Shown one piece after another: positions 13,811 to 27,064 of a stretch of 64,000 nt of DNA; the first letter of the stretch is position 1, and the number at the start of each line of letters is the position of its first letter. Location: NCBI RefSeq assembly GCF_036321535.1, contig NC_087437.1, positions 39,248,001 through 39,312,000 of the forward strand. Direction: 5' to 3'. The notes below the pieces were generated by a model. That model was not told where the DNA came from, ran no database searches, and was given only the letters and a program-made list of their open reading frames with translations. Made by a program: the position numbers and the translations under genes. Source of the DNA: Camelus dromedarius. Taxonomy: Eukaryota.

Positions 13811-14399
13811 GATGTTTCTGATTCTCCCCAAGGAAGAGCCTGCTTTTCTACCCATCCTGCTTAAACAGGGAGAAATAATGTGTAGTAGAGGATGGCAATC
13901 ACTGGGTTTTTGAGCTTGAGGGCATGAAGTGTTAAAGGCATGTGACTTTCTTTGTTCAGACGGACACTGCCAGCTTCTCATCTATAATTTGGTTTCCTGA
14001 GTAGATCTACTCCCCAGGTACCTGACTCACTGTGAAGAACAGTCCAGGTTTTTAAGCTACTAATAGATCCATAAATAGGAATTCATTTGAACCTGTGCGT
14101 CCTTGCTCTCTCAGGCCCTCAGTGTGAACCACCACATTCAGACCTCTGAATCAGCCGTGCTGAGAGTCGGAACACGAAGCAGAAAGATCAGGGCCGGGGT
14201 CTCTGAGCCCGAGCTACTCAGCTGAGTCTCCGGGTTATTCTGACTGGGCACGTGTATACCCTTTCAGGAGCTGAAAGGGCAGGGCCGCCGTGGGCCTTTA
14301 CACGGCGATCTCTAAGGACATCATTAGTCTATGCCGAATTTCATTTTTGTTTTCAGGTTTTCTTTTACTCTAAATTTTATAATAATATAAATAAACACT

Positions 14400-14591
14400 C
14401 TTTGTTGAATAACACTTTGTAATTCATATAATCTACTATGTAGGTAGAAGGTATTATTATTCCTATTTCCAGTTGTGAGGAAAATGAGGCTTAGAAAGAT
14501 TAAAAGATTTGCTTGTGGTCAGTAAATGGTAGATCCAGACTTTTTTTTTTTACCCCAAATCTAACAGTCTTTCCACAATGCCACCTGCCTC
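14400..14591 (-). mobile_element. MIR SINE
   Basis: gtattattattcctatttccagttgtgaggaaaatgaggcttagaaagattaa...tctttccacaatgccacctgcctc. Confidence 0.75.
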
Positions 14592-15785
14592 CACTTACAT
14601 ATTGTGCAAAGATATTTATAATCCTTCTAATGTAAAATTTAAGTTGCAAATGTATAGCTAATATCCCAGAAATGCTTCCTTTAATAAATACAAGACAAAT
14701 TAGATAAGAATTTAGTGAGAGGTCATTCCATTGCTTTATTTTATGTAATTATGGTCTCTTTTTTATGACTATGACCTAGATCCCAGGTTTATCCAACATT
14801 TTTTAATGCTTGTTCCAAACTAAGTTCAAGTCTATTTAAAATTTTCTAGGCTGCTTTGATTTGTTTCTGGGTCATGACTGATGTTTGCAGACATTCTGAA
14901 TCTGGAATCATTGAAAGGTTTTATTAATGAATACTTCTCAAGCTGTTCATCAGTGAAAATAGCACAAATGCATATGGATGTTAGTCTCTGGGTAGCAAAG
15001 TATGTCATCCTGCCCAGCTTCCCAGAAAACCTGGGAAGTTTGGCACCACCCATAGCCATTTCTAGGGGACCTGATTTAATGTTGTGTTTTTTTTTCTCCA
15101 AATAGACACATGGGTGAAAAATTCACCAGTAGAAGGAATTAAGGAATCCATTGGACCTAGAACAGTGGATTAGAAAAAATTTAAAATTAGTTAGAGGCAA
15201 ACAGAAATGACAATAGATTTTGATTATTGATTTTTTTTTTCACCTTACCTGCTCCTTTGACTCTGTATATAGAAGAATCTTTGCTTATGCTCTGGAGAGA
15301 AATAGTATCTTCTTTCCTTTATTTCCTTACATTCTTTCTTTTCTTTCCTTCCTAATTTTTTCTTTTCTTTTATAAAATATTCTTAAAACCATGGATCAGG
15401 ATATACTTTATTATATCACTTTCTTTCTTAAAATAGTCTTCCCTATTATAAAAACAATATATGTTTCTTACAGAATACTTAGAAAATAGAGATTTTCAGT
15501 AAAGATTGTATGGTGAGTTTTCATATTAAATTCGTTCATCCTCTCCAGAGATTTGATAGTGGTAAATAGACCATATTTTTTTAATTAAGTAAGAATAGCC
15601 AAACTAAAAAAAACCACACACACTCACACACAAACACTTTTCCATATTAAAAAAAGGACACAGAATCACAGAGTTGTAAATGAGTGGGGATGGGGTTGGC
15701 TAAATCAGACCTGTGTGGCTCAAGTCTGGAAACAGGCAAGACACCAGGAACTGGACTTAGAGACTGAAGTAACCAAATAGTGAGG

Positions 15786-16347
15786 TCATTAGTTTGCTAT
15801 GGCTGCTGTAACAAGTTACCACAAACCGAGTGGTTTAAACACAGAATACACAGATATACACACACATGCATATACATGACTGGGAAATTATGCTGTAGAC
15901 CAGAAATTGACACATTATAACTGACTATACTTTAATAAGAAAAGAAAAGAAATGTGCTGTGTCATAGTTCCTATGGCTAGCAGCCTGAGGTTTAGTGTCA
16001 GCAGGGCCATGCTCCCTCTGAAGGTGTTAGGGAAGGATCTGTTCCAGGCCTCTCTGCTACTTGTCATCCTTTGTTGGCAATATATGGTGTCCTTTGGCTT
16101 ATAGACGCATCACTCCCATCTCTGCATTCATCATCACATGACATTCTCCCTGTGTATCTTTCTCTTCACACGACATTCTCTTTGTAAAGATTATAAATAT
16201 TGGATTAGAGGCTAATCCTACTCCAATGTGACCTCATCTTAACTAATTACATCTGCAATGACGCTGTTTCCAAATAAGATCACATTCCGAGGTGCTGGGG
16301 GTTAGAACTTACACATTTTGGGAGAAACATAATGCAACCTGTAACAG
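15786..16347 (-). mobile_element. ERVL-MaLR LTR (MLT1B/C-like), interrupted by a short L1 tail
   Basis: attagtttgctatggctgctgtaacaagttaccacaaac...cagggccatgctccctctgaagg...gacctcatcttaactaattacatctgcaatgac...atgcaacctgtaaca. Confidence 0.85.
15844..15950 (+). mobile_element. About 100-bp extreme 3' tail of a young L1
   Basis: catgactgggaaattatgctgtagaccagaaattgacacattataactgactatactttaata plus an A-rich tail; closely matches the reverse complement of the L1 end at about 18001-18075. Confidence 0.8.
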
Positions 16348-16689
16348 CATGGTACCAAGGTCAGTCTCTTGGCAGGAAACCAGGAGCCAGGAAAGTATTT
16401 CCCTGGCTTTGAAAGGACCATGACTCAAGCTGCTTGTTCTAATTTGCATACTTCAGGTGTTGAGAGGGAGTCAGAACCAGGCCAAGGCACCTGCTTGTTC
16501 GGAGACTGTCTATGGCAGCCCCATTCCAGGAATGCATGTGCCCTAATGCAGTAGCTGTTCTGGAGTGTCCAGGTGCAGGTGACTGCAAAACCGATAGATG
16601 GAGAGGAATGAGCTCAGAGAGACAGCAAAGAGAGTTAAACGCTTTCATGCAAATTGAAGTCACCAACCAAAATTCTGAAGTCCATAGAA

Positions 16690-17390
16690 AAAAATCAATG
16701 TTAAGGAAAAGAGCTAAAAACTCAACAGTGAGAAGATAAATTTAGTTCCATCAACAAATGAATAACATACTAGTCATAAATAGCTTTTAAATAAGTATGT
16801 TCAAGTTCCCCAAAAAGAAAAAGAAAGGAATACTAAAAGAAAACAGTGAAACAAAAACTGGCAGATGTAAATCCGAAAAAGGGATCATAATATAAAATTC
16901 ATAGAAATTGTGGATGTGTTTGTGTGCATATGTATGTATATGTATTATATATATGTGTATCTTAAGAATTAAAAGTTAGTTCTGAAAGTTTCATTTAGCA
17001 CATAATCAAATGATTTGAAGAGATGAAAAATATGAAAGAAGAATTAAGATATATAGATGTTATATTGAGAAGTTTCCATATCTGTATATTAGGAGTCCCA
17101 GAAATAAGGGAGAAATGGCAGAGAAATAATGTTTGAAGAGATAATGGCTGAAAAATGTTTTTCCAGAATTAGAGAAAGATATATATTTTCAGATTGGATA
17201 TGGACACTAACTATTGTAGAAGTAATTTAAATTCATACCTCTCTGCATTATGGTGAAACTTCAGAACATCATAAATAAAGAAAGAATTCTAAAAGCGACA
17301 AGATAGAAAAGACAAATAGCCTAAAACGACAGATAATTTGTCATAGTAGAATCTAGAAAAAAAATAGAGCAAGATCTTCAAAATGGTGAC
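16690..17390 (+). mobile_element. Degraded ancient L1 ORF1/HAL1-like fragment
   Basis: A-rich, with taggagtcccagaa...tttgaagagataatggctgaaaa...tttccagaatt...gtgaaacttcagaacatc motifs of L1 ORF1. Confidence 0.65.
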
Positions 17391-17397
17391 GAACACA

Positions 17398-17850
17398 CAG
17401 TCAATCTTCATTATTTGTGAAGTCACCAACTCACTAAAATTTATTTGTAACCCCCAGTCAATACTCCCAGTGCTTTCACAGTCATTTGTTGACATGCACC
17501 GAACAGCTGAAAATTTGAGTCACCCAATGTGCATGTTCCCTCATGAGGTCAAAGAGGGCAATGCTCTGCCTTATTGTTTTAGCTTTCAGACTGTAAACTT
17601 ACTTTTAAAAAGTCCTTGTTTTAGATGAAGATGGTGTTAAATGAAAAGTTTAATGCTTCATATAATTGTGCGTTTTGTTGGTGATTTTGCTGTTCAAAAT
17701 GGTCCCAAAATACATATTGAATATGGTGTCTTTAAACAGAAGCACACATAGAACAACATTATGTATTGTGTGATTGTCAAGAATGTTGTGACCAGAGACT
17801 TGCAGAAACATAACACAATATTCCCCCTTGCAACAATGATTAAATCTCCC
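17398..17850. mobile_element. TcMar-Tigger MITE (MER82-like)
   Basis: cagtcaatcttcattattt...ctcactaaaatttatttgtaacccc...aaatttgagtcaccc...tttgttggtgattttgctgttcaaaatgg. Confidence 0.75.
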
Positions 17851-17984
17851 CTAGGAATTAGAATCCAAAGAATCAAGTATATTCTTGTATACTTGAATAG
17901 GGCATCCCATGCTCAGCAAGAGGCCAAAAAAGGGTAACTTATCACATGGACACTCTACTAATTTGATTGTGGCACCTAGTGTTT

Positions 17985-19085
17985 TTTATTCTTTTTTTTT
18001 TAATTGAAATATAGTCAGTTATAATGTGTTACTTTCTGGTGTACAGTATAATGTACCAGTCATGCATATATATACATACATTCATTTTCATATTCTTTTT
18101 CATTAAAGGTATTACAAGATATAGAATATAATTCCCTGTGCTATAGAGAAGAAATTTGTTGTTTGTCTGTTTTTATATATAGTGGTTAACATTTGCAGAT
18201 CTCAAACTCCCAAATTTATCCCTTCCCACCCCCTTTCCCCCAGTAACCATAAGATTGTTTACTATGTCTGTGAGTCTGTTTCTGTTTTGTAGATAAGTTC
18301 ATTAGTGTCCTCTTTTTCCTTCCTTTTTTTTTTTTCTTTTTTTAAGATTCCATATGTGAGTGATATCATATGGTATTTTTCTTTCTCTTTCTGGCTTACT
18401 GCACTAAGAATAACTATCTCCAGGTCCATCCATGTTGCTGCAAATGACATTAATTTATTCTTTTTTTAATCACTGAGTAGTATTCCATTGTATAAATATA
18501 CTACAACTTCTTTATTCAGTAATCTGTTGATTGGCATTTAGGTTGTTTCCATGTCTTGGCTATTGTATGTAGTTCTGTTATGAACATTGGGGTGCATGTG
18601 TCTTTTTGAATTAAGGTTCCCTCTGGATATATGCCCAAGAGTAGGATTGCTGGATCATATGGTAAGTCTATTTTTAGTCTTTTGAGGAATCTCCATACCA
18701 TTTTCCATAGCGGCTGCACCAAACTGCATTCCCATTAACAGTGTAGAAGGGTTCCCTTTTCTCCACACCCTCTCCAGCATTTATCATTTAGTGATGGACA
18801 TTCTGACTGGTGTGAGTTGATACCTCATAGTTTTGATATGTGTTTCTCTGATAATTAGCAATACTGAGCATTTTTTCATGTGCCTATTGGCCATTTGTAT
18901 GTCTTCATTGGAGAGTTTTATTAGTTCTGCCCATTTTTGGATTGGGTTGTTTGTTTCTTTGTTATTAAGTTGTATGAGCTGTTTATATATTCTGGAAATT
19001 AAACCTTTGTCAGTCTCATCATTTGCAAATATTTTCTCCCATTTTGTATGTTGTCGTTTTACTTGTGGTTTCCTTTGCTGTGTAA
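17985..19085 (-). mobile_element. Young 5'-truncated L1 (about 1.1 kb) with perfect TSD
   Basis: T tail. ORF2 C-terminal peptides [25 protein letters not shown] and FAATWMDLEIVILS. TSD acctagtgttt at 17974-17984 and 19086-19096, followed by aa (TTT/AA endonuclease site). Confidence 0.95.
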
Positions 19086-20004
19086 ACCTAGTGTTTAAAT
19101 AGTTTTGGATTTTGATTTATTTCTTATATTGTCAGGCGAGTAACAAAGAGCCCATCTGTAAGAAATGTCTCATTTTTTCATTGACCTAGGACAGGCATCA
19201 CTTTTCTTGGGTATTAATTGTTATTTAGAGATTTTCATATACTTCAAAGTTAGAAGTAATTTCCTTGAGAAAAAGCACTTGCTGTCTTCCTTTCAGACTG
19301 TATGTGCCTTCTTGGCATTTCCTTACTCCCAGTGTTAAGACTTCTGCAAAAGCCAGAGAGAGAGCACTTGCTTAGCTGCTAACAAGAAGCATCTGTTTTC
19401 TATGGGAGATCAATCATTATTTTCTGAATTTCTTTTTCAATAACCTGATTTTCAGCATGCGTCATGTCCTGCTGAGGGGATGTTCAGGGGGCCTGTCATA
19501 TACCAGAGCTGGACACAGCTTGAGTTTTGAAACAGCTGACCTTCAACTGGAAAAAAGGAGTCCAGCATTTTTTCTTTAATGATTTTGCTATTGTAATGAT
19601 AATAATTGGTTTTACAGAGACAAATAGAATGTAGATGGAACTCTGTTGGACAGAAATTTAGTGTCCGTGGGGATAGGGCAGAGCTCGGGAGAATTCCTAA
19701 GTTCTCTTTGTTACTTCAGGCTTTCTTGTTGGTGTTGTTTCTGTGTTCTCCTCAGGATAATGCCTTCCCCTTTATCAACACCTGTTAGAGCCCCAGTGGT
19801 CTGCACCTTATCAAAAGCACAATAAGGAAAGGGTATGATACCGCCAATTTAATTCCTAGTATTACTGGAGGTAAACTCTCCCGGAGAATTTTATTTAATT
19901 TTTATCAGTTTGTCTTTGGTTAAAGGGATTTCAGACGTTCTGAGGTAGGAGAGAGAATTTAGATGAATCCTCCCCAAATCCCTTAATAATAACGAAAATA
20001 ATAA

Positions 20005-20315
20005 AAATAATAATAGAAGCTAACATTTATTGACTTCTCACTGGGTACCAGACCCTATGCTATTGACGACTTTTATTCTCAAGGCAAACCTATGGGTTAG
20101 GCGCTATTACAAAGCTCCATTTTTACAGATGATAAAAGCTTAGTGGCCTGTTACCAGCAGCCTGGACATCACCTGGGAAGTTGTTAGAAATGCAAATTCT
20201 CAGGCCCCACCCCAGACCTAAAGAACCAGGAGCTTTGGGGTTTGTTAAAAACAGATTGCTGTTCTAACAAATCCTCCAGGCCAGTTGGATATCCTAAAGT
20301 TTGAGAACCAGTGCC
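20005..20315. mobile_element. MIR (minus) joined to a MER5A-like MITE
   Basis: gctaacatttattga...ccatttttacagatga; then catcacctgggaagttgttagaaatgcaaattctcaggccccaccccagacct...aagtttgagaaccagtg. Confidence 0.75.
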
Positions 20316-20934
20316 TTACACTGTGCCTTTCCAGTGGAACTTCCAAGACGCACAAGGGTCTTTTTTTGCCTCGTGCGAGACAGCAGGAGGCTGTGCCCTT
20401 GTTTTAGGGCCTAAGAATGTGCCTCAGTCATGAGAAGTGTTCATAAATACACTTTATAGTTGTGGGTCAATGTGCAATGATTCATTCTGTGTAGCTCTAT
20501 TGAAGGTGATGAGATGATCCGATAATTCACAAGCCCACTTTATCCAGGTGTGTTTTCTTTTCTTACCGATTGAAAGATTGGTAATTCCTTTCAAGCAGAC
20601 ATCAGGCTACTGCGACTCCAGGGCCAGTGTGCAGTGATGGGGTTTTCACTTGTGAAGTGGAGCAGTCTTCTGAAGGCCTCCAAGCCTGAGCAGTGCACTG
20701 GACTTGTTGTGTTTGTGTTTTGAAAGGGTGGGGGTCAGGACTGTAGGGGAGAGGGCTTCTGCCGCACTCTGGGTATTCAGGGCGTGCCAGATAAGAGGAG
20801 CCAAGCAGACAAGCTGTGAACACATACAACAAGCATCAAAGCTTGAAAACTCAGTTAAAGCAACAAGATAAGCCATGTCTTAAAGTGCATCATAATTAAT
20901 AAAATAATTTATGCAGATGTCATTAAAGATGTTG

Positions 20935-21130
20935 ACTCTGGCACTGTGTCCAGAGCACTAGAATAAGAATCTGCAGACCAGGGCTGCTGTTTACCATTTG
21001 CTTATCACATGCTGATGGATGGATCATTTAAGCTCCCAAGCCTCCTTTCATCCATAAAATGCCCTACCTACCTCATAATTTTATTAAGAGAATCAGAAAG
21101 CACAATGAACAGATCTTTCTACTGTAACAT
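20935..21130 (+). mobile_element. MIR fragment
   Basis: agagcactagaataagaatctgcagacc...cctacctacctcataattttattaagagaatca. Confidence 0.5.
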
Positions 21131-22183
21131 ATGTTACTAAAAACATTCACAGCCCTAAAAATAATGCAACGTTAAAAATAGGAAGGGCATGACACTAAAA
21201 ACACGCAACTTTATAACCTGAACTATATGTAAAACAACCAAACTCATAAAAAATACTACTGTGATTCAAAAGACCAATTAAGTTCCTAAAAAAGAAATTC
21301 TGCAGTAAATATAGGATGTTATCTTAAAGCAAAGAAAAAAAAAAAGGGAGAGAGAGAGTAGCTTGATTAAAGGGAAGTACAAAAGTGCTGAAGTTTTGAA
21401 CTATAAATTTTGAGGACTGATCAAAATGCACCACGTGCATGGGTACGTGCTTCCAAGAGCGAGCAGGTGGCCGACCCAAGTGAAGAGGAAGAACACAGAG
21501 TGAACGGGCATTGCTGATGGTACCACAGTCTGCCGCGCTTTCTGTATTTCAGGTGTGTGATGTGTATTTAACTGCTGGGACTTGGTGGGGCAAAACACTA
21601 ATACGCTGTAAAAAATTTAAATTTGAACCAATGCATTAAATTGACCTAATTCCCTATATACCAGTATCTTATTCGCTAATTCTTCTTCTAAGAACACTTG
21701 AAACTAAAACAGGCTGTATTTCAAAGTGTTGCAAAGCATAGCACATAAGCAGGCTAGTTTCACTGGCATTATTTTGTCTAGGTTTATAAAGAAAGGCCCC
21801 ATACACCCAACACCATCAGAGCAACCAAGTCTCCTATGAATTTTTCATTAAATCTTTGACAACACGCAAATGGTAGTGCACTGAGTGGCTGAAGGAATAT
21901 TAGCCAAATGAACTACTTGTGCTCTTTGAATTCTATTCTGAGTGATTGGGATGTATCTTTGGATAAAGCAATCAGTTGATCTACCATTGTTTATGAAAAG
22001 TCTACAGTGATACCAAGATCATCTTGATATCTCCAGGAGTTAGTCATTGAGATAACCGGGCCTTCTAGGGGTATTTTTATGTTTATGCACCTAATCTTTT
22101 TAATTTGATGGAAACTTTTCTAAATTAAAATCAGAGGAAGTGAAAAGAATACATTGCAACAGTAATGACCAGAATGCATTTCT

Positions 22184-22866
22184 TGTTGCCGTGGCCTCAG
22201 AAGTCAAGAGAGAAAGAAAAGGCTTCTCCACCCATTCCTTCCTCTTGTCTGCTTTCCCTCACCTTCACACAGGCGCCCCTTCCCTGGGTTTTGGGCTCAT
22301 TTGCCTCGTAAAGTAGTTGCCAGGCTGCAGGTTTTGAAAGCCTATGCACCTGAAGGGAATGTTGCTGGACTCTGGGATGTGGAGATAATTCAGGGCAGTA
22401 TAAAAAGGGGGAAGAGGCAGAAGCAGCCTGAGGAAGAAGTGGGGAGAAATTGCTGGGCACTTGGGAAGGAGCTGGGCACGTCAGTGTCTCTAATGGCAAT
22501 AGCATCGTGCCCCACGGCTGCAGAATGCCAGGGACTGGACAGAGCCCCTGGAAAGTGGCCTCTTAGTACAAGGGCTCCTAGCATGGCACAAAGGCCCGTC
22601 CCATTCCCACGCGTGGCCCAGGAGTGACAGATGCTGCCTGCAGAGGGCCCTTGAGAAGCCTGCATGTGCCTGTCGTGGAGAAAGAGCCGGACCGCATCCT
22701 AAGACTTGTGTCACCCTGAGGAGGAAGAGCCTCTTTCCGCAACTGAAGGACCCAGAAAGAATTCCCTGTCTGGTGGAGATAAGTGCAGATTATACTTGGT
22801 TTAACAAAGAAAGTAAAACTGAGGTGTCTTATCTCGTGTGGTGTGGGATCTAGTGAACATCTAACA
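22184..22866 (+). mobile_element. Candidate ancient LTR (MamGypLTR-like)
   Basis: GC-richer block with tentative TG...CA ends, a TATA-like gtataaaaagggg at about 22399 and a late agtaaaactg signal. No TSD seen; family recalled, not verified. Confidence 0.4.
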
Positions 22867-23149
22867 CAGACATAAAACATCCGGGCTTGGCTTCTTACGC
22901 AGTGCATGAAATGATTTAACTTTGCGCGTGGGCCTTACATGCCGGTATATTTACCTTTACAAAACAGTGAAACATGCCACTGCTTTTTAGAAGTACTGGA
23001 TTGGCTTTTTATAGTTGCTTCACCTCTTCTTCATTTTAACTAAATGTCTCCTGATTTCTGATCCGTTCCTCTTATTTAGCTCTGGACTTACTTTTAGACA
23101 AGAAAGCGCATTAGAAATGTAAGCGACACATTGGAATATTAAGGAGTAA

Positions 23150-23790
23150 TTTTGAAAATATACTTACAACATGAGAAAATGATTATAATACACTATGAAG
23201 TGAAAAAAAGCAGAATACAGATTTATGCAGCATGATTTGAAATTTGTATTAGAAAAGGTGTGCTATAACTAGAGCCTCAAATAGGGCTGAAATGGACTTG
23301 AGAATCTCTAATTAGCCAGAAGTGGGGGTACTGCCAGGTTCAGGTCCAGATGATTGGCATGAAATGGGAGAACTTTGCTTAGCAGAAAAAAAGAGGAGGG
23401 GGTGGCGGAGAGAATGCTTCCTGCAAGGATGCCTTGAAGGAAGATCCAAGGAAATGGAAGGATGACTTTGGGTTCACCCTAAGGTTCACTACCTGATAGA
23501 GAGATGTCTGTTCAGAGAGACTGAAAAATAAATAAAGCAGAAATTGAAGTAGACATGATGTAGATAGAGATATGGAGGCTGAGAAAGAAATTCATAAAGG
23601 TAGAAATACAGATACAGATCAGACATGTGAGACTAGAAATAAATACACTGAAATGGTAACATACTCTCTCCCAATGGTGACTTTATGGGATATTTAATTT
23701 CCTTTTTAAAAATTCTTTTTTTTGTAATGCCCACCTTGTCAACAATGGTAAGGTGTTTCTTTTAGAATCATAAAAATGTATTTAAATGTT
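23150..23790 (+). mobile_element. Ancient L1ME-like 3' fragments (interrupted)
   Basis: aagtgaaaaaaagcagaataca...; gactagaaataaatacactgaaatggtaaca...tttatgggatatttaattt. Confidence 0.5.
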
Positions 23791-23805
23791 TATGCATGAG
23801 ATAAG

Positions 23806-24353
23806 TTTGAGGGAGGGAAGAAGTCTTTCTCTACCCTTTTAGGTTCTTCTGGCTGGTCTAAGAGGTAAATGGACATGAGACAGATTAACAGGAGAAAATC
23901 AAATTTAATTTGGTGCATTTGAGGGATTTCCTAAGAATATGAGGCCCAAGGACTAGATAGGCAAGTGAGGCTTGTATAGTATCTGAGAGAAGGAGAAGGC
24001 AGTAAGGGCTTAGGATTTCAAAGGGGAGGGAGGCAAGTGACTTGGAGATGAAAAAAATGAATGTCTGATTAAAAAAAATATTTATTGGGCCGCAGAGACA
24101 ATAGGACACAGAATGGACTTTACTCTCCCGGTCCCACTGAGTTCCCCCTACCACGCCTCGCCCATGTTTTTGTAGATGTCTCTGGTGGTAGTGTTTTTCC
24201 TGGATCAGGCCCTTTTTCTAATTATTTTAGGCAATTAAGAGGGAATTAAAAAGAAAGACTTCCTGAGACTTTTGTCCCTTAAAAACAATTGGCTCAAAAT
24301 AAACTTAGAGCCAAAGAGACACATTTTGGGGTGGCAAGTTTTATTCCCCTACC
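23806..24353 (-). mobile_element. ERV1-class solo LTR (MER34/MER39-like)
   Basis: gacatgagacagattaacaggagaaaatcaaatttaat...ccaaagagacacattttggggtggcaagttttattcccctac. Flanked by 4-bp taag (23802-23805, 24354-24357), the TSD length expected for ERV1. Confidence 0.75.
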
Positions 24354-26619
24354 TAAGCTTTGAATAAGCACCCCCCAGCACCCTATTTTCTTAGATGAAG
24401 AAGATAGTGGGCACTCTAGGTTTTAAAATTCTCATTTCCACTTTTCTTTATGAAGAGAAGTTTGTACTGTGTCATGCTCTGCAGGGATGGGCATGCTGGC
24501 TGATACACAGTGATGTGTGCATTAAACCAGTTTTAGGCTATAAAGCTTTTGGACTGTACGAGGTTATTCATATTTTTCCTTTTATTAAAAATGCACATAT
24601 GTATGGAGGCTGCTTAAGGGTACAAGATAGTGAGTAACCTCTAGACAGTAAGTTCTCATGAGCGGTTTCTTTAGATTTTATCCTGGAATCCAACCTGTAA
24701 TCTTGATCTTCTTTACTTCTTTTTTCTCCCATTGAGCTCAATGAATGACATAGTTTAAAAGAGTAAGCAAATTTTAGAATGAGGATTACCAACCACATCA
24801 GAAGGAGGATCTTAGTGAGCTAGAAACCACCCAAGAGTTTATCAGCTGGAGTTGTCTGTGCCTCTTTTATGGGAAAGGTAAGAACTGAGGAAAAGGAAAG
24901 TGAATTAACCCTTTCTGCTGTTCCTTAACATTTCAGAAAATGAGTATATATAATGACTCATTATCTCCATCCCTTAGGGATGTTGTCAGGGTTTTTAATA
25001 AAGTATTCAGAGAGGTTTGGGTAAGATGCTAATGAACATGCTAAACTGTGTTCACTGGTTTTTCAAACTAATTTACCTCTCCCTTTCTGTGTTTAGAACT
25101 GTTTTTAAGACCAGTTGCTATATTACTTATATTTTCCCCCATATCCATTAAAAGTAATTATGTTTAGGGTCTTGAATGTTTAGGTGAAGTTGGTATGAAG
25201 GAATAAACAACAGCTTTTTAAATATTCAAGTTGCTCCTAATCAAAAGAAAAATTTTCAAAAATTGGTAATAGAAAGATTCAGCATATTACTTTTGAGATG
25301 ACATTTTGATAATGTGATTTAAATTGGAAAGATATGCATTAAATTTCTGTGAAAATGTTCATCAGAATATTAGACGTACATTTTGATGTAAGAATATTTA
25401 AAAGTAATCGGAAGTATTTTTCTAGGCTAAAAATATGTTTTTGAATAATTAAGTTTGTCAAACCCTATTATTAGATTTTTAATAAAGGAATGAAAATGGC
25501 ACCAAATGTTAAAATTTAGTTTCAAATAATATATTTTTAAAATAAATCTTTAATATCCTTATTATATAATTTATGTACTCATACCAAATATTATTACTCT
25601 TATTTTAAGAATTTTTTGAGAGAACCTTGAATGTATTGTGTTCAGAGTTGATTACAATTATAGTTAAACTTTTGTAATGGGTGATTTACATAAAACAATT
25701 ACCAGGTGTTTATAGTAAGTCAAAATAACGGCAATTCCAATAAGGAAAAAAATAGAGTTCTCTTCTCCTTGGAATGTAAATTAACAACTAGAAATTGAGA
25801 AGAAGTTCTCTTTCCCTTGTATGACTTTCCAGTTTTAAAAATTACATCTTTAATTAAAAGTGCATTCAATTCACAGTTCATAATTTTCTTTTTTAGATTT
25901 CCTCTCGAAGAAAAGCCTTTTCTTAGGGAAGTTTTGATAAACTGCATTTTAAGTTTCTTGATGATGAGGGCTAAGTTTTAATGTTTTGTGTCTTCTGCAA
26001 AACCTCACATGGGGTGGTTACTAACAGTGATCTCTTTATTAATTTAGTTAACCGGAAATATATCTACCATTATACATTCCAAAAGCACATTGCAAAATAA
26101 TCTACAATTTGGAGTGTTTCTTAACTATGTCTATTAGAAGTAATTTTCTAGATGTTGTTTTAGGTATTTCTTGGTTAAAAATTTGTCATTCTTTTGCTGT
26201 GTCTTATCTTATTCAGTTATAATGCCTGTGGTTGTCCAGGTTCCTAAGCAGGCTTCCACATTAATGACCTCAGCACTTATTTTCAAGTATCGGTAGTTTT
26301 ACTTGCATTTAATATTAATAGGCATCGAGTCCTTATTACACTTTTATCTCTCTTAATTATAAACGTATTTTGCTTTTGCCTCATGAGAACCGTACAGAGG
26401 GAATTCAATAATTTCCTCCAAAAGATTTCTTCTTACAAATTAATAGTAAAGTTGTTTCATAGAAATACATACATTATATCAGAAATATGTTCAATATTCA
26501 CAGGAATATGAAAATAAAAATTATTTCCAACATTCACATTTTACCATATTTTTGAAATTTTTTTTTCTGGTGAATTATTTTGTTTCAAATCTGATTCCTT
26601 GCCTGATTTTTAAATAGAC

Positions 26620-27064
26620 TGTCACCGGATAGGCTCCCAGGAAGCAGACTGTGAGATGGAGATTGATGTGCATGCATTTTATTAGAAGGTACCCTAAGGA
26701 TGGAGAACTGTGGAAGGCAAGGAAGGGAAACAGGAATGGGCAGAAAAAGAAAATGGGGTGTGCTACAGTCGTACAGAAATTTCAGTGGATCTCATGGGAA
26801 GTTCTGAAGCTGAGATGGCTCTTCAGAATTGTGCTAACTTGGGGCCAAGGACTGGGTTTCATACTCTACACGGAACAATCATGAGATTTGGGCTGCCCCC
26901 GAAAGGGGATGAATCCTTGGATAAAGAAGCTGTCTCCCATGTAGGTAGGTCCTGAAGGGGGATGACAGCTGAAGGTTGCACACTGGCAGCACTCCTGACA
27001 CCCAGCCTGTAGGTCCTTCATTCCTAAAGGGGCATCTGGGTGGCATATCATAGCGTCCAGTACA
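26620..27064 (-). mobile_element. ERVL solo LTR (LTR16A-like)
   Basis: tgtcacc...cccaggaagcagactgtgagatggagatt...gtccttcattcctaaaggggcatctgggtggcatatcatagcgtccagtaca. Confidence 0.8.

Noticed and set aside
21140..21680. Possible old DNA-transposon remnants (also about 3260-3480, 32500-32660 and 47170-47460)
   Set aside because: The resemblance is too vague to assign a family or boundaries without a Dfam search.
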